This document shows positions 61,290 to 64,000 of a stretch of 64,000 nt of DNA, piece after piece. The DNA is taken from the NCBI RefSeq assembly GCF_988243305.1, contig NZ_OZ547136.1, one strand, 5' to 3'. How positions within the stretch are numbered: the stretch's first letter is position 1; each line of letters starts with the position of its first letter. The notes beneath the pieces were generated by a model, which was not told where the DNA came from, did not search any database, and saw only the letters and a list, made by a program, of their open reading frames with translations. A program made the translations under genes and the position numbers.

Positions 61290-61346
61290 TCTCATACCGG
61301 TACGCCCGCATGACGCGGGCGGTTATCGAATGATGGGGTGAAAAAT

Positions 61347-62078
61347 ATGAAAGCGGCACGCCAGCAAGCGATAGTCGACCTGCTGCTGAACCATACCAGC
61401 CTGACCACGGAAGCTCTCTCTGAACAGCTAAAGGTCAGTAAAGAAACCATTCGTCGCGATCTCAATGAATTACAGACGCAGGGTAAAATTCTGCGCAATC
61501 ATGGGCGCGCTAAATATATCCACCGTCAAAATCAAGACAGTGGCGATCCCTTTCACATCCGGCTGAAAAGCCATTATGCGCATAAAGCAGATATCGCGCG
61601 CGAGGCGCTCGCGTGGATTGAAGAAGGGATGGTGATAGCCTTAGACGCCAGTTCAACCTGCTGGTATCTGGCACGCCAGTTGCCTGACATCAACATCCAG
61701 GTCTTCACCAATAGCCATCCGATTTGCCATGAACTCGGTAAACGTGAACGCATTCAACTGATCAGTTCCGGCGGCACACTTGAGCGCAAATATGGCTGTT
61801 ACGTCAATCCCTCGCTGATTTCCCAACTTAAATCGCTGGAAATCGATCTGTTTATTTTTTCTTGTGAAGGGATCGATAGCAGCGGTGCACTGTGGGACTC
61901 CAATGCCATCAACGCTGATTACAAATCAATGCTATTAAAACGTGCCGCGCAATCGTTGTTATTGATTGATAAAAGTAAATTTAATCGTTCAGGGGAAGCC
62001 CGCATCGGGCATCTGGATGAGGTCACGCACATTATTTCTGATGAGCGCCAGGTTGCGGCTTCTTTGGTAACAGCCTGA
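61347..62078 (+). CDS. fucR: DeoR-family transcriptional activator of the fucose regulon (243 aa)
   Basis: N-terminal HTH, DeoR C-terminal sugar-binding domain; start taken at MKAARQQAIVDLLL. Confidence 0.9.
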   Translation: MKAARQQAIVDLLLNHTSLTTEALSEQLKVSKETIRRDLNELQTQGKILRNHGRAKYIHRQNQDSGDPFHIRLKSHYAHKADIAREALAWIEEGMVIALDASSTCWYLARQLPDINIQVFTNSHPICHELGKRERIQLISSGGTLERKYGCYVNPSLISQLKSLEIDLFIFSCEGIDSSGALWDSNAINADYKSMLLKRAAQSLLLIDKSKFNRSGEARIGHLDEVTHIISDERQVAASLVTA

Positions 62079-62121
62079 CGGAAAGGGTAGCAGGCCGGAG
62101 ACGACGCCCCGGCCTTGCCTG

Positions 62122-63222
62122 TTATCGCTCGTCGCGACGACCACCAACCGCAGCCCAGATACGGCGGACGTGCACCGTCACTTCTTCGCGATCGTGATAT
62201 AACTGCCGCGCCTGGATCTGAGCATTTATGCCATGTTCATCAAGCTGTGCCTGAATATACGCCAGATTGTGTGACACTTCTTCGTAGCGTTTTTTCATCG
62301 GCAGTTTGAGGTTGAAAATGGTTTCACGGCACCAGCCATTAACCAGCCACTGCGCCATCAATGCCGCAACTTTCGCCGGTTTTTCAACCATATCGCATAC
62401 CATCCAGGAGATATTGCTGCGTGTCGGACGGAATTTGAAACCGTCTTCCCTCAGCCACGTCACCTGTCCGGTATCCATCAGACTTTGCGCCATCGGGCCG
62501 TTGTCGACGGAATAAACCCACATGTTGCGCTTCACCAGTTGGTAGGTCCAGCCGCCTGGGCAAGCGCCTAAATCCACCGCCCACATCCCGTTCGCCAGGC
62601 GTTCATCCCACTCATCCGCAGGAATAAACACATGAAATGCCTCTTCCAGTTTGAGCGTGGAACGACTCGGCGCATCTGCCGGAAATTTCAGGCGCGGAAT
62701 GCCCATATAGAACGGCGAATTATTGTTGCTGTATGAGTAACCGGTATAGCAGCAGCCTGGTGCAATAAAGAATACATGCACAACCGGACGCTTCGGCGTT
62801 TCATAGTTCGCCAGCACCCCAGCATCGCGCAAGGCAGCGCGTAGCGGCACGGTGAATTTACGGCAGAATTTCAGCAACTCTTTGCTTTCGTTGGTATCGG
62901 CAACTTCAACACGCAGTTCACCGCCCTTCTCTACTACACCCTGTAACATGCCGACAATGGGGGTAATACGATCTTCTGGCGGCAAATGCTGCAGGAGTTC
63001 CCCCACCACAAACCACTGGCGGGCAAAAATTAATGAACTGAACGGCAGCTCACGGATTAACTTATCGCCATCATCAGGTTGATAACATTCATAAATGACA
63101 TAACCCGCATTCTCTTTCACGCGGGCAAAACCGAAAATTTCCCGCTGGCCGGCTTTATCGGTAATTTCTGCGGCGCACTCTTTTTCAAAGCCCGGACGGC
63201 ACAGCAATACAACCTTACTCAT
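62122..63222 (-). CDS. rlmM: 23S rRNA 2-prime-O-ribose C2498 methyltransferase (366 aa)
   Basis: 366 aa [28 protein letters not shown].... Confidence 0.9.
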   Translation of the reverse strand: MSKVVLLCRPGFEKECAAEITDKAGQREIFGFARVKENAGYVIYECYQPDDGDKLIRELPFSSLIFARQWFVVGELLQHLPPEDRITPIVGMLQGVVEKGGELRVEVADTNESKELLKFCRKFTVPLRAALRDAGVLANYETPKRPVVHVFFIAPGCCYTGYSYSNNNSPFYMGIPRLKFPADAPSRSTLKLEEAFHVFIPADEWDERLANGMWAVDLGACPGGWTYQLVKRNMWVYSVDNGPMAQSLMDTGQVTWLREDGFKFRPTRSNISWMVCDMVEKPAKVAALMAQWLVNGWCRETIFNLKLPMKKRYEEVSHNLAYIQAQLDEHGINAQIQARQLYHDREEVTVHVRRIWAAVGGRRDER

Positions 63223-63610
63223 GACTTACGCCCTTGCGCTTTAAACGGATAGCACCAACTAACATTAACGCCCAGCCCGCGAGGAAGCTCACGCCGCCAA
63301 CCGGTGTGACAAATGCCCACAAACGCAGATGGGACAGCGCCAGGCAATAAAGGCTGCCGCTGAACAGCACCGTGCCTAACGCGAGGAAAACGCTACTCCA
63401 GTAAAACCAGATACTGATGCGACGCTGCATTGCCACCGCCAGACCTAAGATCGCCAGCGTGTGGAACGCCTGGTATTCGAGACCGGTCTGGATCCAGCCC
63501 ATCTCAACGGCCCCCATGGTTTTACTTAACACATGCGCGCCAAAAGCGCCCAGAGCCACAAAAATGAAGCCGCTAATGGCGGCAAAAATCAGCATAAAAC
63601 GGCTGGTCAT
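63215..63610 (-). CDS. ygdD: DUF423 inner-membrane protein (131 aa)
   Basis: 131 aa hydrophobic ORF overlapping rlmM start by 8 bp. Confidence 0.85.
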   Translation of the reverse strand: MTSRFMLIFAAISGFIFVALGAFGAHVLSKTMGAVEMGWIQTGLEYQAFHTLAILGLAVAMQRRISIWFYWSSVFLALGTVLFSGSLYCLALSHLRLWAFVTPVGGVSFLAGWALMLVGAIRLKRKGVSHE

Positions 63611-63628
63611 GGTCGTACCCTACGTAAA

Positions 63629-64000
63629 TTATTGTTCATAACGAAAGCGGAATTTTTCTTGTTCAGCAGCGGCTTTCGCCAGGATCCATTGGCGAAAGGC
63701 GGCTATTTTACCCAGTTCTGCCTGGCTGTCATGACAAACCAGATAAAAAGCGTTTTTACTGACCAGAACATCATTAAACGGGCAAACAAGACGTCCGGCC
63801 TCAATTTCAGATTGCGCCATCACGTTATTTGCCAGCGCCACTCCCTGCCCGTGGATAGCCGCTTGCAGCACCATGGCGCTATGGCTAAAAATTGGCCCTT
63901 GCTGAACGTTGATATGATTTAACCCCAACTGTCGGGTATATGTCTGCCAGTCACGACGCGACGCATCATGTAATAACGTATGTTTAGCCAGATCTTCCGG
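63629..64000 (-). CDS. gcvA: LysR-family regulator GcvA, C-terminal portion only (gene start lies beyond window end)
   Basis: Minus-strand ORF ending ...AAFRQWILAKAAAEQEKFRFRYEQ at 63629; the track's 99-aa ORF is only the tail of a reading frame open to the window edge. Confidence 0.8.
   Translation of the reverse strand, partial: PEDLAKHTLLHDASRRDWQTYTRQLGLNHINVQQGPIFSHSAMVLQAAIHGQGVALANNVMAQSEIEAGRLVCPFNDVLVSKNAFYLVCHDSQAELGKIAAFRQWILAKAAAEQEKFRFRYEQ

Noticed and set aside
62085-62116. GC-rich hairpin (caggccgg...ccggcctg) between fucR and rlmM as a bidirectional terminator
   Set aside because: Stem is present but no U-tract follows on either strand, so not called as a terminator; could still be a REP-like structure.

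Overview
This window is an Escherichia coli chromosomal segment, K-12-like in gene order but not identical to what I recall for K-12. It opens inside a type I-E cas operon on the minus strand (casC start, casB, casA, cas3) and runs through cysHIJ, queD, the ygcNOPQRSUW-yqcE-ygcE island, a CRISPR array, queE, eno, pyrG, mazGFE, relA, rlmD, barA, gudDXP, yqcA, truC, yqcC, the sRNA csrB, syd, queF, ppnN, sdaCB, xni, the fucose regulon, rlmM, ygdD and the 3-prime part of gcvA. The CRISPR locus is a degenerate three-repeat remnant plus an 8-repeat, 7-spacer array transcribed on the minus strand, about 17 kb from the cas genes. The most unusual stretch is 23.6-28.7 kb, between queE and eno: a tight operon of a LemA-family lipoprotein and three tandem, diverged TPM-domain (YgcG-like) membrane proteins that all end in the same Gly/Ser-rich ...SGRW tail, followed by a complete 1426-bp IS4 inserted into the shared terminator hairpin. 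From memory K-12 has only a single ygcG here and no lemA or IS4, which I could not verify. A solitary CRISPR-repeat-like palindrome sits just downstream of cas3. All calls rest on reading the sequence and the ORF track against recalled protein families; no database search was run.
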